From: an uncultured Collinsella sp.
GTDB taxonomy: Bacteria > Actinomycetota > Coriobacteriia > Coriobacteriales > Coriobacteriaceae
Length of the DNA stretch: 34,395 nt
Reading direction: 5' to 3'
Assembly (NCBI GenBank): GCA_902465465.1
Contig: CABQNF010000001.1
Coordinates: 1-34,395, forward strand
Part shown: in pieces, positions 1 through 12,111 of the stretch
How positions within the stretch are numbered: position 1 is the stretch's first letter
Layout of the letters: each line of letters opens with the position of its first letter
The notes under the pieces: model-generated
Databases searched by the model: none
What the model saw: the letters and a program-made list of their open reading frames with translations, nothing else
Told to the model about the DNA's origin: nothing
Position numbers and translations under genes: made by a program

Positions 1-23
1 CCGAGCCGTACGCTTGAACTGAG

Positions 24-55
24 AAGGGGGAGGCCTCGCGGCCTCCCCCTTTTTT
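24..55 (+). terminator. Intrinsic terminator of the gene ending upstream of or at the window start
   Basis: Stem AAGGGGGAGGCC (24-35) / GGCCTCCCCCTT (40-51), 4-nt loop, T-tract to 55. Confidence 0.9.
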
Positions 56-105
56 GCGTTTACGGGCTTTTGTCTCACATAGTAGCTGTGTTTTATAACC
101 CTCGT

Positions 106-135
106 TTGTCGCATCTTCTGTGAACGGGCTACAAT
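106..135 (+). promoter_or_regulatory. Putative sigma-A promoter of the acpS operon
   Basis: TTGTCG (106-111)-N18-TACAAT (130-135), about 30 nt upstream of the acpS start. Confidence 0.55.
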
Positions 136-164
136 AACTTAGTCTGTGCGATATGGAGGTGAAC

Positions 165-704
165 ATGGCTGAAGCTGGTATCGGCGTTGATATCGTCGAG
201 ATTTCCCGTATGAAATCAATACTTGAAAAGACGCCGTCGTTTGCTCGGCGTGTGTTTACCGAAGAAGAGCGTGCGTATTGTGATGCATCATCGCGTCCCG
301 CTGCTCACTATGCCAGCCGCTTTGCTTCGCGCGAGGCGGTACTTAAAGCTCTCGGCACGGGTTTTAGTCAAGGCGTTGGTCGCAAGGATGTTTCGGTTAC
401 GCGTGATAAACTCGGCAAACCGAAAGCGCTGCTTTCGGGCCGTGCTCTCGAGATCGCTCAAGAGCTGGGTGTTGTTGAGGTCGCTCTTTCCATTACGCTT
501 ACAGGAGACTTAGCCGTTGCGAATGCCATCGCGATTACCGAAGATGCTCGGCCTAAGCCAAAAGAGGAAAAGGTGAGTACCAAGAAACGCGTAGCGCAGA
601 CATTTAAAGAGGCTCGCTCTGTTTTAGATGAGCTTGAGCAGCTGCAGAATTCAGCATTGACGGAGCACCTGGGCGATGCTTCGCAAGATACGCTAGGAGC
701 ATAG
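165..704 (+). CDS. acpS: Holo-[acyl-carrier-protein] synthase with C-terminal extension
   Basis: GIGVDIVEI, RVFTEEE, ASRFASREAVLKALGTG and GKP motifs. GGAGG RBS at 155-159 favours ATG 165 over 153. Confidence 0.93.
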   Translation: MAEAGIGVDIVEISRMKSILEKTPSFARRVFTEEERAYCDASSRPAAHYASRFASREAVLKALGTGFSQGVGRKDVSVTRDKLGKPKALLSGRALEIAQELGVVEVALSITLTGDLAVANAIAITEDARPKPKEEKVSTKKRVAQTFKEARSVLDELEQLQNSALTEHLGDASQDTLGA

Positions 705-2321
705 ATGAAACCGGTTTTGAGTACCGAAGAAGTCGTTCGTCTCGAGGATATCATCGAACGCGAAGGGACTTCGAAGGCCGAGCTTATGGAGCTAGCGGGT
801 GAGTTTGCCGCCAACGAGGTCTTGAAGCTCAATTCCGATCGGGTTCTCGTTCTGGTCGGTTTTGGTAATAATGGCGGCGACGGTTGGGTTGCCGCCGATA
901 TCCTGAGCCATAAGGGCGTGGACGTCGATATCGTTTCTCCGGTTGAGCCGGATGAGATTCCTGCTGCTCTGGCACGTCATGTTGCTCGTCGTACTGCCGG
1001 CCGCGATGTACACGTTTGCGTTGGCCCCTCGCGTGACGAACTCGAGGTTTTGATCGATAAGGCCGATGTTGTTGTCGATGCCATTTTTGGTACCGGTTTT
1101 CACGGGAATCTGCGTGCGCCGTTCTCCATCTGGATTCCTACGGTCAATGAATGCGCCGATTGTGTCGTATCCATTGATGTCCCCTCGGGCCTGAATGCCG
1201 AGACGGGCGTTGTTGATGACGACTGCATTCGTGCCGAGCATACGGTGACGATGATTGCGCCCAAGATTGGTTTGTATAGCGCTGATGGCCCTGAGTATGC
1301 TGGCGATTTGATCTGCGGCAATCTTTACGACCGTCTTGACGAGGTCATCGATGATGTCGACCACGCCGCCGAGATTGTCGAGCCCGGTGACTTAGTTGAT
1401 TACTTTGCTCCACTACCTACGAATATCGATAAGTATTCCCGTGGCTCTGTGCTTATTGTCGCCGGATCTGCGCAATATCCTGGTGCTGCCATTATGGCGG
1501 CCAAGTCTGCAGCTCGCGCGGGTGCTGGTTACGTGGCAGTCGCGGCTCCTGACGCCTGCGCCAATCTTATTCGCATGGCACTTCCTTCGATTCCCGTCTT
1601 TGCTATTCCGTCTGATTCCCGCGGCTCCTTTGGCGCCGCTGCGCGCATGACGGTGTGCGAGATTGCAAAGAAGTACAGCTGTGTACTGTGCGGTCCCGGT
1701 ATGACGACATCTGCCGGCGCTATGCAGGTGGTTTCGGGCTTGCTCGAGCTTGATGTGCCGCTTATCTTGGACGCCGATGCACTCAACTGCCTTGCTAAGA
1801 TTGCCATTGACGGTATTGATAGTAATCCCGAGATGTATCGTCGCGAGCAGCCGTTGGTTATGACGCCGCACTATCGTGAGCTTTCGCGTCTGGTTGCCGG
1901 TGACGAGGTGAACGACCTTGGTACCGCGATTGCGGCCGCGCAGAAGGTTGTCTGGGCTGCGGGCTCAGACAATCTGGTGGTCATTGCCAAGGGCCCGACG
2001 ACGGCTATCTGTGGCGTTGAGCGTGTGCTGCTGCCGCTCTCGGGTCCGGCTTCTCTGGCAACTGCCGGTTCGGGTGATGTTCTCGCGGGTATTTTGGCCG
2101 GCACGCTTGCCACCATGCGCGACGAGATGGATCGTTGGGAGTTGCTGTATTCGTACGCCGTCGCACTTCACAGCTACGCCGGTTTTGCCGCGGCGACGGA
2201 GTATGGTGAGAAGAGTGTCATCGCGACCGATCTTATCGACTTGATCGGTCCTGCCATGGAACTGGCGGCAAAGGATGCGCTCGAAGATCTGGGAATCATG
2301 GACGAAGGGTCGGATGACTAA
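705..2321 (+). CDS. nnr: Bifunctional NAD(P)H-hydrate epimerase/dehydratase (YjeF)
   Basis: GFGNNGGDG, DAIFGTG, DVPSG (epimerase); KYSRGSVLIVAGS..YPGA, GPG, DADAL, TPH, LATAGSGDVLAG (dehydratase). Confidence 0.95.
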   Translation: MKPVLSTEEVVRLEDIIEREGTSKAELMELAGEFAANEVLKLNSDRVLVLVGFGNNGGDGWVAADILSHKGVDVDIVSPVEPDEIPAALARHVARRTAGRDVHVCVGPSRDELEVLIDKADVVVDAIFGTGFHGNLRAPFSIWIPTVNECADCVVSIDVPSGLNAETGVVDDDCIRAEHTVTMIAPKIGLYSADGPEYAGDLICGNLYDRLDEVIDDVDHAAEIVEPGDLVDYFAPLPTNIDKYSRGSVLIVAGSAQYPGAAIMAAKSAARAGAGYVAVAAPDACANLIRMALPSIPVFAIPSDSRGSFGAAARMTVCEIAKKYSCVLCGPGMTTSAGAMQVVSGLLELDVPLILDADALNCLAKIAIDGIDSNPEMYRREQPLVMTPHYRELSRLVAGDEVNDLGTAIAAAQKVVWAAGSDNLVVIAKGPTTAICGVERVLLPLSGPASLATAGSGDVLAGILAGTLATMRDEMDRWELLYSYAVALHSYAGFAAATEYGEKSVIATDLIDLIGPAMELAAKDALEDLGIMDEGSDD

Positions 2322-2323
2322 TC

Positions 2324-3469
2324 ATGAATAAAGCCGATTTGACGCGCTGGTCCTGGGTCGAGATCGACCGTGGGGCGCTCCGTCGTAACACGAGGGCCTA
2401 CAAGAACTTGCTGAATCCACGTCAGCGCCTGTGCTGCGTGGTCAAGGCCGATGCTTATGGCCATGGAGCTGTTGAGTGCGCCAAGATCATGTATTCGGCC
2501 GGTGCCGACATGTTTGCCGTGGCGACGGTTAACGAGGGCGTTGAGCTCCGACAGGGCGGGATTACGAAACCCATCCTCATCCTAAGCGAGCCGCCTATCG
2601 AGGCCATTCCGACGTTGCTCGAGTTTGATATCATGCCCTCGGTCTATACGTCTGACTTTGCTCTTGCGTATGGCGAATGTGCCGTCGCGGCGGGCAAAGT
2701 GGGCAAGTATCATCTCGCCATCGAGACGGGCATGAATCGTATCGGCGTTCACTACACGCAGGTGCTCGACTTTGTCCGCGGTATAAATTTCCATCGCGGT
2801 ATTCAGTGCGACGGCGTATTTACGCACTTCGCCACGGCCGATGAACCTTCGGGCTGGGACTACAAACTGCAGTGTCAGCGCTTTACCGAGGCCGTTCAGG
2901 CCATTAAGGATGCGGGCTTTGAGTGCGGTATCGTGCACTGCGCCAACACGCCGTCCTCGATGCTCGACCCTTCGATGCATTTTGATATGATTCGCGCCGG
3001 CGTTGGCTTGTATGGAATGCAGCCGTGCGAGCTGAGTGGCCGCGTGATGCAGCTTGATCCCGTTATGAGCGTCCATGCGCGTGTGACGCGCGTGGCACAC
3101 CCTGCGATGGGTGAGGGCGTGGGCTACGGTTTTACCTACCGCGTACCGCGTACGCGCGTTCAGATCTGCACGCTGCCGATCGGTTATGCCGATGGCCTAT
3201 CGCGTACGCTTTCCAATCGTATGGATGTGCTGTATCGCGGCGAGCGCGTGCATCAGGTTGGCAATATCTGCATGGACCAGTTTATGGTCGCCATTCAGTC
3301 CAACCCGGCACACGAGATTCCCGAGGCCGAGTATGGTGACGAGATGATTATTGTCGGCCGCGATGGCGATGCCGAGATCACTATGGACGAGATGGCCCGA
3401 CTGCGCGGAACGATTAACTACGAGGTCGCCTGCGGCTTTGGCATGCGTCTCGACAAGGTCTACGTGTAG
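2324..3469 (+). CDS. alr: Alanine racemase
   Basis: PLP-lysine motif VVKADAYGHG, ETGMNRIG, FTHFATAD, PIGYADG, GNICMDQ, GTINYE. Confidence 0.97.
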   Translation: MNKADLTRWSWVEIDRGALRRNTRAYKNLLNPRQRLCCVVKADAYGHGAVECAKIMYSAGADMFAVATVNEGVELRQGGITKPILILSEPPIEAIPTLLEFDIMPSVYTSDFALAYGECAVAAGKVGKYHLAIETGMNRIGVHYTQVLDFVRGINFHRGIQCDGVFTHFATADEPSGWDYKLQCQRFTEAVQAIKDAGFECGIVHCANTPSSMLDPSMHFDMIRAGVGLYGMQPCELSGRVMQLDPVMSVHARVTRVAHPAMGEGVGYGFTYRVPRTRVQICTLPIGYADGLSRTLSNRMDVLYRGERVHQVGNICMDQFMVAIQSNPAHEIPEAEYGDEMIIVGRDGDAEITMDEMARLRGTINYEVACGFGMRLDKVYV

Positions 3470-3477
3470 GAGCCGCT

Positions 3478-4098
3478 ATGGGCGTCATGCACATCCCCGG
3501 CCATACCCATCAGGCACCACGTGAGGTCGCACTCGAGGAAATTGAGGCCGTTCTGGGCGATTGTCACCTCTGCCAGCTCTACCAGTCGCGTCACAATATC
3601 GTGTTTGGCGTGGGAAACCCCCGCGCTCGTGTGATGTTTATTGGCGAGGCGCCGGGCCGCAATGAGGATTTGCAGGGCGAGCCCTTTGTGGGGGCGGCAG
3701 GCGAGGACCTCAACGGCATTTTGTCGCTGGCGGGGCTCAAACGCGAAGACGTCTACATTGCCAACGTGCTTAAGTGCCGCCCGCCGGGAAACCGCAATCC
3801 ACGTCCCGAGGAAGTGCTGGCTTGCTCGCCGTTTTTGCGTGAGCAGATTCGAAGCATCTGGCCCGATATTATCGTGACGCTCGGCAACCCCGCGACGCAC
3901 TTTGTGCTTAAGACCGAGATTGGCATTACTAAGCTGCGCGGCAGGTTCCACCAGATGGGGCATTTTGTAGTAATGCCCACGTTCCATCCGGCAGCAGCGC
4001 TACGCAATCCGGCGTGGCAGGAACTGCTGGAGGAAGACTTTAAGATGCTGGGCGACTATCTGGAGCGACATCCCGCACCAGAGGACGCCTCGGAATAA
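3478..4098 (+). CDS. Uracil-DNA glycosylase, family 4 (4Fe-4S)
   Basis: CHLCQL, FIGEAPG, PFVG, NVLKCRPPGNR, TFHPAA motifs. Confidence 0.93.
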   Translation: MGVMHIPGHTHQAPREVALEEIEAVLGDCHLCQLYQSRHNIVFGVGNPRARVMFIGEAPGRNEDLQGEPFVGAAGEDLNGILSLAGLKREDVYIANVLKCRPPGNRNPRPEEVLACSPFLREQIRSIWPDIIVTLGNPATHFVLKTEIGITKLRGRFHQMGHFVVMPTFHPAAALRNPAWQELLEEDFKMLGDYLERHPAPEDASE

Positions 4099-4110
4099 TA
4101 AGGAGCATAT

Positions 4111-4617
4111 ATGTCCCTGGAGCGCCTGGGGGTAGGTACTTATAAAACGACTTGCGCTGCCGATACGGAGTACTTTGGCGAGCTAATTGCACCGTGCCTT
4201 GAGGACGGCGATGTGCTCATCCTGACCGGTGGCCTGGGGGTGGGCAAAACTCACTTTACCAAGGGCGTCTCGCGCGGGCTGGGCGATGAGCATATGGTTA
4301 CGAGCCCTACGTTTGCGCTCATGGCCGTTCACGATCAAGGCCGTATTCCGCTGTTTCACTTTGATCTATACCGTCTGGAGCATGCCTACGAGCTCGAGGA
4401 TACGGGCATTTTCGATGTGCTGGGCTATGAGGGTGCTTGCCTGCTGGAATGGGGCGAACAATTCCAAGACGAGCTGACGGATGAGTATCTTTCGGTGACG
4501 CTCAAGCGTGATGAGGGCGACAGTGATGTGCGAACAATAACGCTCGAGGCGCACGGTGACCGCGCAATGGAGCTTTCCCATTTGATTGATAAGGCTGTAC
4601 AAGATGAGCTTGCATAA
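4111..4617 (+). CDS. tsaE: tRNA t6A biosynthesis ATPase TsaE
   Basis: Walker A GGLGVGKT, VTSPTF, HFDLYRL, LLEWG. Confidence 0.96.
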   Translation: MSLERLGVGTYKTTCAADTEYFGELIAPCLEDGDVLILTGGLGVGKTHFTKGVSRGLGDEHMVTSPTFALMAVHDQGRIPLFHFDLYRLEHAYELEDTGIFDVLGYEGACLLEWGEQFQDELTDEYLSVTLKRDEGDSDVRTITLEAHGDRAMELSHLIDKAVQDELA

Positions 4618-6988
4618 CGACAACGCGCTGGTGGTGGCGCTCGATACCTCGACCGACATGCTTGCCTGCGCGGCAAGCTGGATTGATGGGCAGACGGGCG
4701 AGACGAAGCTCGTGAGTGGCGACCACATGTGTCGCCGTCACGCCAACGTTGAGCTCGTGAATACCGTTGATGGCGTGCTGGCTCAAGTCGGTCTGGATCG
4801 CAGCGATGTTGGTTGCTACGTGGTCGGCCGCGGCCCGGGGTCGTTTACGGGTGTGCGCATCGGCATCTCCACTGCCAAGGGCCTCGCGCGCGGTGCCAAT
4901 GTTCCGCTGCTGGGCGTGTCGACGCTCGACGCTTGCGCTTGGACGGCGTGGAAGGCTGGCGTGCGCGGCAAGCTTGGTATCTTGGCCGATGCCATGCGCG
5001 GTGAGGTATATCCGGCACTATATATGCTGGGCGATGAGGGTCCCGAGCGTCAATTTGAGCGCGAACACGTGGTCAAGGCCGCCGTGGCGCTCGATGAGTG
5101 GCGCCGAGCAGCGGACTGGGACCAGGTTCAGCTGACCGGTGACGGTCTCGTGCGCTATGGCAAGCTGCTGGGTGAGGACGAGACCGCCCGCTGCGTGGAG
5201 CGCGACCTGTGGTGGCCTTCGGGCGAGGGCTTGCTGCTCGCGCACGCTGCGGGTGACGGCGATCCGGCTCGCGTCCTGCCGATTTACACGCGCCTTTCGG
5301 ATGCCGAGGAAAACGAGCGCAAGCGTCTTGGTCTTGCCGAGAGTGCGCAGAGCGAAATTACGGGCGTTGCCGATGAGCTCGCCGGTCGTCATCTGCAGTT
5401 CCGTCCCATGGGCGCGGCGGATGCCGAGCGCGCGAGCGCGCTAGAGGCTGCCTGCTTTGAAGGTGCCGGACACGAGGCGTGGACGCCGGGCATGTTCCTG
5501 TCCGAACTGGGCGAGGACGTCGCTGCGCCGCGTAGTTGGTGGGTGGCACACGACGACGGCAAGCTGCTGGGCCTTGCCGGCGGTATGGTCGTGGACGGTG
5601 ATGTGCAGATTCTGGATGTCGCCGTCGACTCGGCACATCGCCGTGAGGGCATTGCCCGCAAGCTGCTGTCGCATGTGAGCTATGATGCCCAGATGCTCGG
5701 CTGCACCACGGCTTCGCTCGAGGTCGAGGACGGCAACGAGGGCGCGATTGCGCTCTATGCCGCTCTGGGCTTTACCGAGGTGGGTCGTCGTCGTGGCTAC
5801 TACGGTGTCGGCAAAGACGCCATCGTCATGACGGCCCCACTTCCCCTCGTACTTCCGGTCGACAATGCTTCGCCCGAGCCGACGGCGGCAGAGCAGCGCG
5901 TATGGCCGCTGCCTGCGCCCGGGCGCTCCGAGGGGGAGCGTGCCGAAATTGAGCGCCGCCGCCTAGTGCTCGCTATCGAGAGTTCCTGCGACGAGACGGC
6001 CGTGGCGATTATCGATGCGGATGGCAATATGCTGGCCAACCAGGTGTCGACGCAGATTGATTTCCATGCCCGTTTTGGCGGCGTGGTGCCCGAGATCGCC
6101 TCGCGCAAACACGTTGAGGTGATTGTGAGTGTCGTGGATGCGGCGCTCGAGGATGCCGCAGCATCGCTTGGTCTTGAGGGTGGGGCCATTGCTCCCAGCG
6201 AGCTTGCCGCCGTGGGCGTGACACAGGGTCCGGGCCTGGTGGGCGCCCTCGTGGTGGGCGTCGCCTTTGCCAAAGGCTTTGCCTACGCTGCCGGTAAGCC
6301 GCTCGTATGCGTCAACCATCTGGAGGGGCACCTGTTTGCCAACTTGCTGGCGCAGCCCGACCTCAAGCCGCCGTTCATCTTCACGCTTGTCTCGGGCGGG
6401 CACACCATGCTCGTGCACGTGAAGGCATGGGGCGACTACGAGGTACTTGGTGAGACGCTCGACGACGCTGTGGGCGAGGCCTTCGACAAGGTGGCCAAGG
6501 CGCTGGGCTTGGGCTATCCCGGTGGCCCCATCATCTCCAAGCTGGCCGAGACGGGCAATCCCCGCGCGATCGATTTCCCCCGTGCGCTTAACAGCAGGGG
6601 AGACTATCGCTTCTCGCTTTCGGGCCTCAAGACGGCGGTGACGCTCTACATCGAGCAAGAGACCAAGGCCGGGCGCACGATTCACCTTCCCGATCTGGCG
6701 GCTTCGTTTGAGGCAGCTGTCTTTGACGTGCAGTACAAGAAGGCCAAAAACGCATTGCACGCTACCGGATGCAAGGAATACTGCATTGGTGGCGGCGTCT
6801 CGGCCAACCCGCATCTGCGCGAGATGATGATCAAGAAGCTTGGGCGTCAGGGGATTCGCGTAACGGTGCCGCCCTTGTCTGCCTGTACCGATAACGCAGC
6901 CATGATCGCGGAGGTCGCTCGCCGTAAATTCGACCGAGGTGAAATCTCGCCGTTCGACGTCGACGCCGATCCAAACATGACGCTGTAG
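4604..6988 (+). CDS. tsaD: TsaB-RimI(GNAT)-TsaD triple fusion protein
   Basis: N-terminal TsaB (ALDTST, GRGPGSFTGVRIG); middle GNAT (ILDVAV..HRREGIA, LEV...N..AIALY...GF..GRRRGYY); C-terminal TsaD (LAIESSCDET, GGVVPEIASRKH, NHLEGH, VSGGHT, DDAVGEAFDK, CTDNAAMI). ATG 4604 overlaps the tsaE end. Confidence 0.93.
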   Translation: MSLHNDNALVVALDTSTDMLACAASWIDGQTGETKLVSGDHMCRRHANVELVNTVDGVLAQVGLDRSDVGCYVVGRGPGSFTGVRIGISTAKGLARGANVPLLGVSTLDACAWTAWKAGVRGKLGILADAMRGEVYPALYMLGDEGPERQFEREHVVKAAVALDEWRRAADWDQVQLTGDGLVRYGKLLGEDETARCVERDLWWPSGEGLLLAHAAGDGDPARVLPIYTRLSDAEENERKRLGLAESAQSEITGVADELAGRHLQFRPMGAADAERASALEAACFEGAGHEAWTPGMFLSELGEDVAAPRSWWVAHDDGKLLGLAGGMVVDGDVQILDVAVDSAHRREGIARKLLSHVSYDAQMLGCTTASLEVEDGNEGAIALYAALGFTEVGRRRGYYGVGKDAIVMTAPLPLVLPVDNASPEPTAAEQRVWPLPAPGRSEGERAEIERRRLVLAIESSCDETAVAIIDADGNMLANQVSTQIDFHARFGGVVPEIASRKHVEVIVSVVDAALEDAAASLGLEGGAIAPSELAAVGVTQGPGLVGALVVGVAFAKGFAYAAGKPLVCVNHLEGHLFANLLAQPDLKPPFIFTLVSGGHTMLVHVKAWGDYEVLGETLDDAVGEAFDKVAKALGLGYPGGPIISKLAETGNPRAIDFPRALNSRGDYRFSLSGLKTAVTLYIEQETKAGRTIHLPDLAASFEAAVFDVQYKKAKNALHATGCKEYCIGGGVSANPHLREMMIKKLGRQGIRVTVPPLSACTDNAAMIAEVARRKFDRGEISPFDVDADPNMTL

Positions 6989-7000
6989 CTGGTACGGCGC

Positions 7001-7142
7001 GGTCCCCGGACGGAGGGGCCGGATATAAAGTTTCCTGCTCTACAGTCCTGCGCAAGACGAAGGCCACATTAAGTGGCCTTCTTTGCGTGCGGAACTCGCG
7101 ACAAACCAAAACCATCTCGCCAGCCCAGCGACCATGGGGTCC
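7001..7142. repeat. Long imperfect inverted repeat (REP/MITE-like element or structured RNA)
   Basis: Core stem GAAGGCCAC (7059-7067)/GTGGCCTTC (7073-7081), extending imperfectly over 7044-7096; outer pairs 7016-7022/7120-7126 and 7001-7007/7136-7142. Confidence 0.55.
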
Positions 7143-7152
7143 CAAGGTTTTC

Positions 7153-7185
7153 AAAAAAGCGGTCGGCGCGCAGTGCGCCGACCGC
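7153..7185 (-). terminator. Intrinsic terminator of gyrA
   Basis: 11-bp stem GCGGTCGGCGC (7159-7169)/GCGCCGACCGC (7175-7185); A6 at 7153-7158 gives the U-tract on the minus strand. Confidence 0.88.
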
Positions 7186-7225
7186 CGATATATGGGGTCT
7201 GATGATTTTTACCAGCTAGGGCCTC

Positions 7226-9964
7226 TTACTCGTCTAGGAGATCCTCTGGCATATCATTGCCGTCGACCAGGTCGACTGGGGCCTCTTCGGTGTCGACTGC
7301 GGCCTCGGCGCCCTCGCCTTCGGGTTTCTCTTTGGCGGCCGTCATGCGGGCTACGGCGCAGATGCGGTCGTTGTCGTCGACGGTCATCATCTTGACTCCC
7401 TGGGTGGCGCGGCCAGTCTGGCTGATCTCGTCGGTCTTGACGCGAATGACCGTCGCGCCCTCCGTCACGATGAACAGCTCGTGCTGTGGGCCCACCGTCT
7501 TCATGGCCGCGAGGTTACCCTTACGCTCGGTCATTTGGATGGTGTAGACGCCCTGACCGCCGCGATTCTGCTCCGGATAGTCCGCGACCGGCGTGCGCTT
7601 GCCGTAGCCGCGCTCGGTGATGACGAACAGATCGCCGTTGCCGTTAGTGACTTCCATGCCCAGAACGCTCACGCCGTCCTTCAGACCGATACCGCGAACG
7701 CCGCTGGTATCGCGGCCGGTGGCGCGCACCTGCTCCTCGGAGAACATGATCGCCTTGCCCGCGGTGGTGGCCAGGATAATCTTGTCGCCGTCGCGCACGC
7801 GGCGCACGTTCAGCAGCGCGTCGTCGTCACGCAGGTTGATAGCGATCAGGCCGTCGCGACGGCTGCGGTCATATGCGCTCATCACGGTCTTCTTGACCAT
7901 GCCACTCTTGGTGGCAAACATCAGGTACTCGTCGGCCGGGAACTCGCGGCAGCTGATGACGCTCGCGATCTTCTCGCCCTCCTCGAAAGGCAGCAGGTTG
8001 ACGATCGCGGTACCGCGCGCCTGGCGCGTACCCACCGGCAGCTCGTGCACCTTCAGACGATAGACCTTGCCCTTGCTCGAGAAGAACAGCACGTACTCGT
8101 GCGTGGACGCGATGAACATCTCATCGATAACGTCGTCCTCTTTGAGGTTGACGCCCGACACGCCCTTGCCACCGCGCTTCTGGGCACGGTAGGCGGCCAC
8201 CGGAATGCGCTTGACATAGCCGGTGTGGGTGATGGTCACAACCATATCCTCGTCGGCGATGAGGTCCTCGACATCCAGGTCCTTCTCAACCTGGCTGATC
8301 TCGGTGCGGCGCTTGTCGCCAAACTTCTTGGAGATCTCGCGCATCTCTTCCTTGATGACGCCCAGGATCTTCTCCTCGTGCGCCAGCAGGTCCTCGTAGT
8401 AGGCGATGGCGCGGCGCAGGCCGTCCAACTCTTCTTGGATCTTGTCGCGCTCCAGGCCGGTCAGGCGGCGCAGCTTCATCTCGAGGATGGCCGTGGTCTG
8501 CTCGGGCGTAAAGCCAAAACGCTCGATCAGGCGGCTGCTGGCCTCGGAGTCGGTCTGCGAGGAGCGGATAATGCTAATGACCTCATCGATATGGTCAAGG
8601 GCCATCAAGTAGCCCTCAAGGATATGCGCGCGGGCCTGGGCCTTCTTAAGGTCGAAGCGGGTGCGGCGGGTGACGACGTCGACCTGGTGGTCGATATAGT
8701 GCTGCAGCATCTCGCGCAGGCTCAGGCATTTGGGAACGCCGTTGACAAGCGCCAGGTTGTTGGCGCCAAAGGTCGTCTGCAGCGAGGTGTACTTATACAG
8801 GTTGTTGAGCACGACCTGCGGAATGACGCCCTTCTTGAGCTCGATAACCAGACGGATGCCCTTCTGGTTGGACTCATCGCGCATATCCGAGATGCCCTCG
8901 ATGCGCTTGTCGTTGACGAGCTGGGCGATCTTCTCCTGCAGGGTGCCTTTGTTGACCATGTAGGGAATCTCGGTAAAGACCAGGCGGCTGCGACCGGTCT
9001 TGGTGGACTCCACGTGTGCCTTGGCACGCACGGTAATGGAGCCGCGGCCGGTCTCGTAGCTCTGCTTAATGCCGGCGCTGCCCATGATGATGGCGCCGGT
9101 GGGGAAGTCCGGACCGGGCATGATCTGCATGAGCTCGTCGACGGTGGCGTCGGGGTTGTCGATCAGGTAGCAGGTGGCCTCGATCGCCTCGGCGAGGTTA
9201 TGCGGGGCGATGTTGGTGGCCATGCCGACGGCGATGCCCTGGCTGCCGTTGACCAGCAAATTGGGGAAGCGCGCAGGCAGTGCCACGGGCTCGGCGAGCG
9301 ATTCGTCGTAGTTGGGCTGCCAGTCGACGGTATCCTTCTGCAAGTCACGCAACAGTTCCATGGCGGGCTTTGCCAGGCGGCTCTCGGTGTAACGCATGGC
9401 CGCCGCGCCGTCGCCGTCGATATTGCCGAAGTTGCCGTGACCGTCGATGAGCGGCGTGCGCATGGAGAACCACTGCGCCAGGCGGACCATGGCTTCATAG
9501 ACCGCGAAGTCGCCATGCGGGTGGTACTTACCGATAACTTCGCCGACCGTCCAGGCCGACTTCTTATGTGGGCGGTTGGGGTAGATGCCGCTCTCGTTCA
9601 TCGCATACAGGATGCGGCGGTGCACCGGCTTTAAGCCGTCGCGCACGTCCGGCAGGGCGCGCGCCGTGATAACCGACATCGAATACTCGATAAACGACTG
9701 CTTCATCTCGCGACCGAACTCCGAAATCTGGAGCTGACCGCCGTTGATATCCTCGCCGGCCGAGGCGCCACGGTCGACTTCGCCAAAGCTCTCCTCGAGC
9801 TCGGCGTCGTCTTCTTCCTCATCATCATCGGCATCGGGGTTATAGGCGTCCGGATCGCCGTCCTCGCCCTGCTCAGCACGGGCAAGCAGGCGTTTCAGAT
9901 CATCGGGCATACCGGCATCGCCGGCCTCGCCCATACCCTCGTTATTGTTGATATCGTCTGCCAC
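7226..9964 (-). CDS. gyrA: DNA gyrase subunit A
   Basis: [29 protein letters not shown] catalytic Tyr, GyrA-box QKRGGKG, C-terminal pinwheel repeats; GTG start after a GAGGAGG RBS. Confidence 0.98.
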   Translation of the reverse strand: MADDINNNEGMGEAGDAGMPDDLKRLLARAEQGEDGDPDAYNPDADDDEEEDDAELEESFGEVDRGASAGEDINGGQLQISEFGREMKQSFIEYSMSVITARALPDVRDGLKPVHRRILYAMNESGIYPNRPHKKSAWTVGEVIGKYHPHGDFAVYEAMVRLAQWFSMRTPLIDGHGNFGNIDGDGAAAMRYTESRLAKPAMELLRDLQKDTVDWQPNYDESLAEPVALPARFPNLLVNGSQGIAVGMATNIAPHNLAEAIEATCYLIDNPDATVDELMQIMPGPDFPTGAIIMGSAGIKQSYETGRGSITVRAKAHVESTKTGRSRLVFTEIPYMVNKGTLQEKIAQLVNDKRIEGISDMRDESNQKGIRLVIELKKGVIPQVVLNNLYKYTSLQTTFGANNLALVNGVPKCLSLREMLQHYIDHQVDVVTRRTRFDLKKAQARAHILEGYLMALDHIDEVISIIRSSQTDSEASSRLIERFGFTPEQTTAILEMKLRRLTGLERDKIQEELDGLRRAIAYYEDLLAHEEKILGVIKEEMREISKKFGDKRRTEISQVEKDLDVEDLIADEDMVVTITHTGYVKRIPVAAYRAQKRGGKGVSGVNLKEDDVIDEMFIASTHEYVLFFSSKGKVYRLKVHELPVGTRQARGTAIVNLLPFEEGEKIASVISCREFPADEYLMFATKSGMVKKTVMSAYDRSRRDGLIAINLRDDDALLNVRRVRDGDKIILATTAGKAIMFSEEQVRATGRDTSGVRGIGLKDGVSVLGMEVTNGNGDLFVITERGYGKRTPVADYPEQNRGGQGVYTIQMTERKGNLAAMKTVGPQHELFIVTEGATVIRVKTDEISQTGRATQGVKMMTVDDNDRICAVARMTAAKEKPEGEGAEAAVDTEEAPVDLVDGNDMPEDLLDE

Positions 9965-9975
9965 GTTACCTCCTC

Positions 9976-12048
<2,073 letters not shown>

Positions 12049-12055
12049 TTATCGT

Positions 12056-12085
12056 AAAAAAATACCCTCGGGAACGAGGGTATTT
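12056..12085 (-). terminator. Terminator-like hairpin between dciA and gyrB
   Basis: AAATACCCTCG (12060-12070)/CGAGGGTATTT (12075-12085), 4-nt loop, T7 tract on the minus strand. Confidence 0.75.
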
Positions 12086-12111
12086 GGCTCTACAAGGCCA
12101 CCAGATGCGAT

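Noticed and set aside
1..22. 3' end of an upstream gene
   Set aside because: Too short to determine frame or identity
7481..9634. 717-aa plus-strand ORF
   Set aside because: Antisense shadow of gyrA produced by high-GC codon bias; no protein motifs
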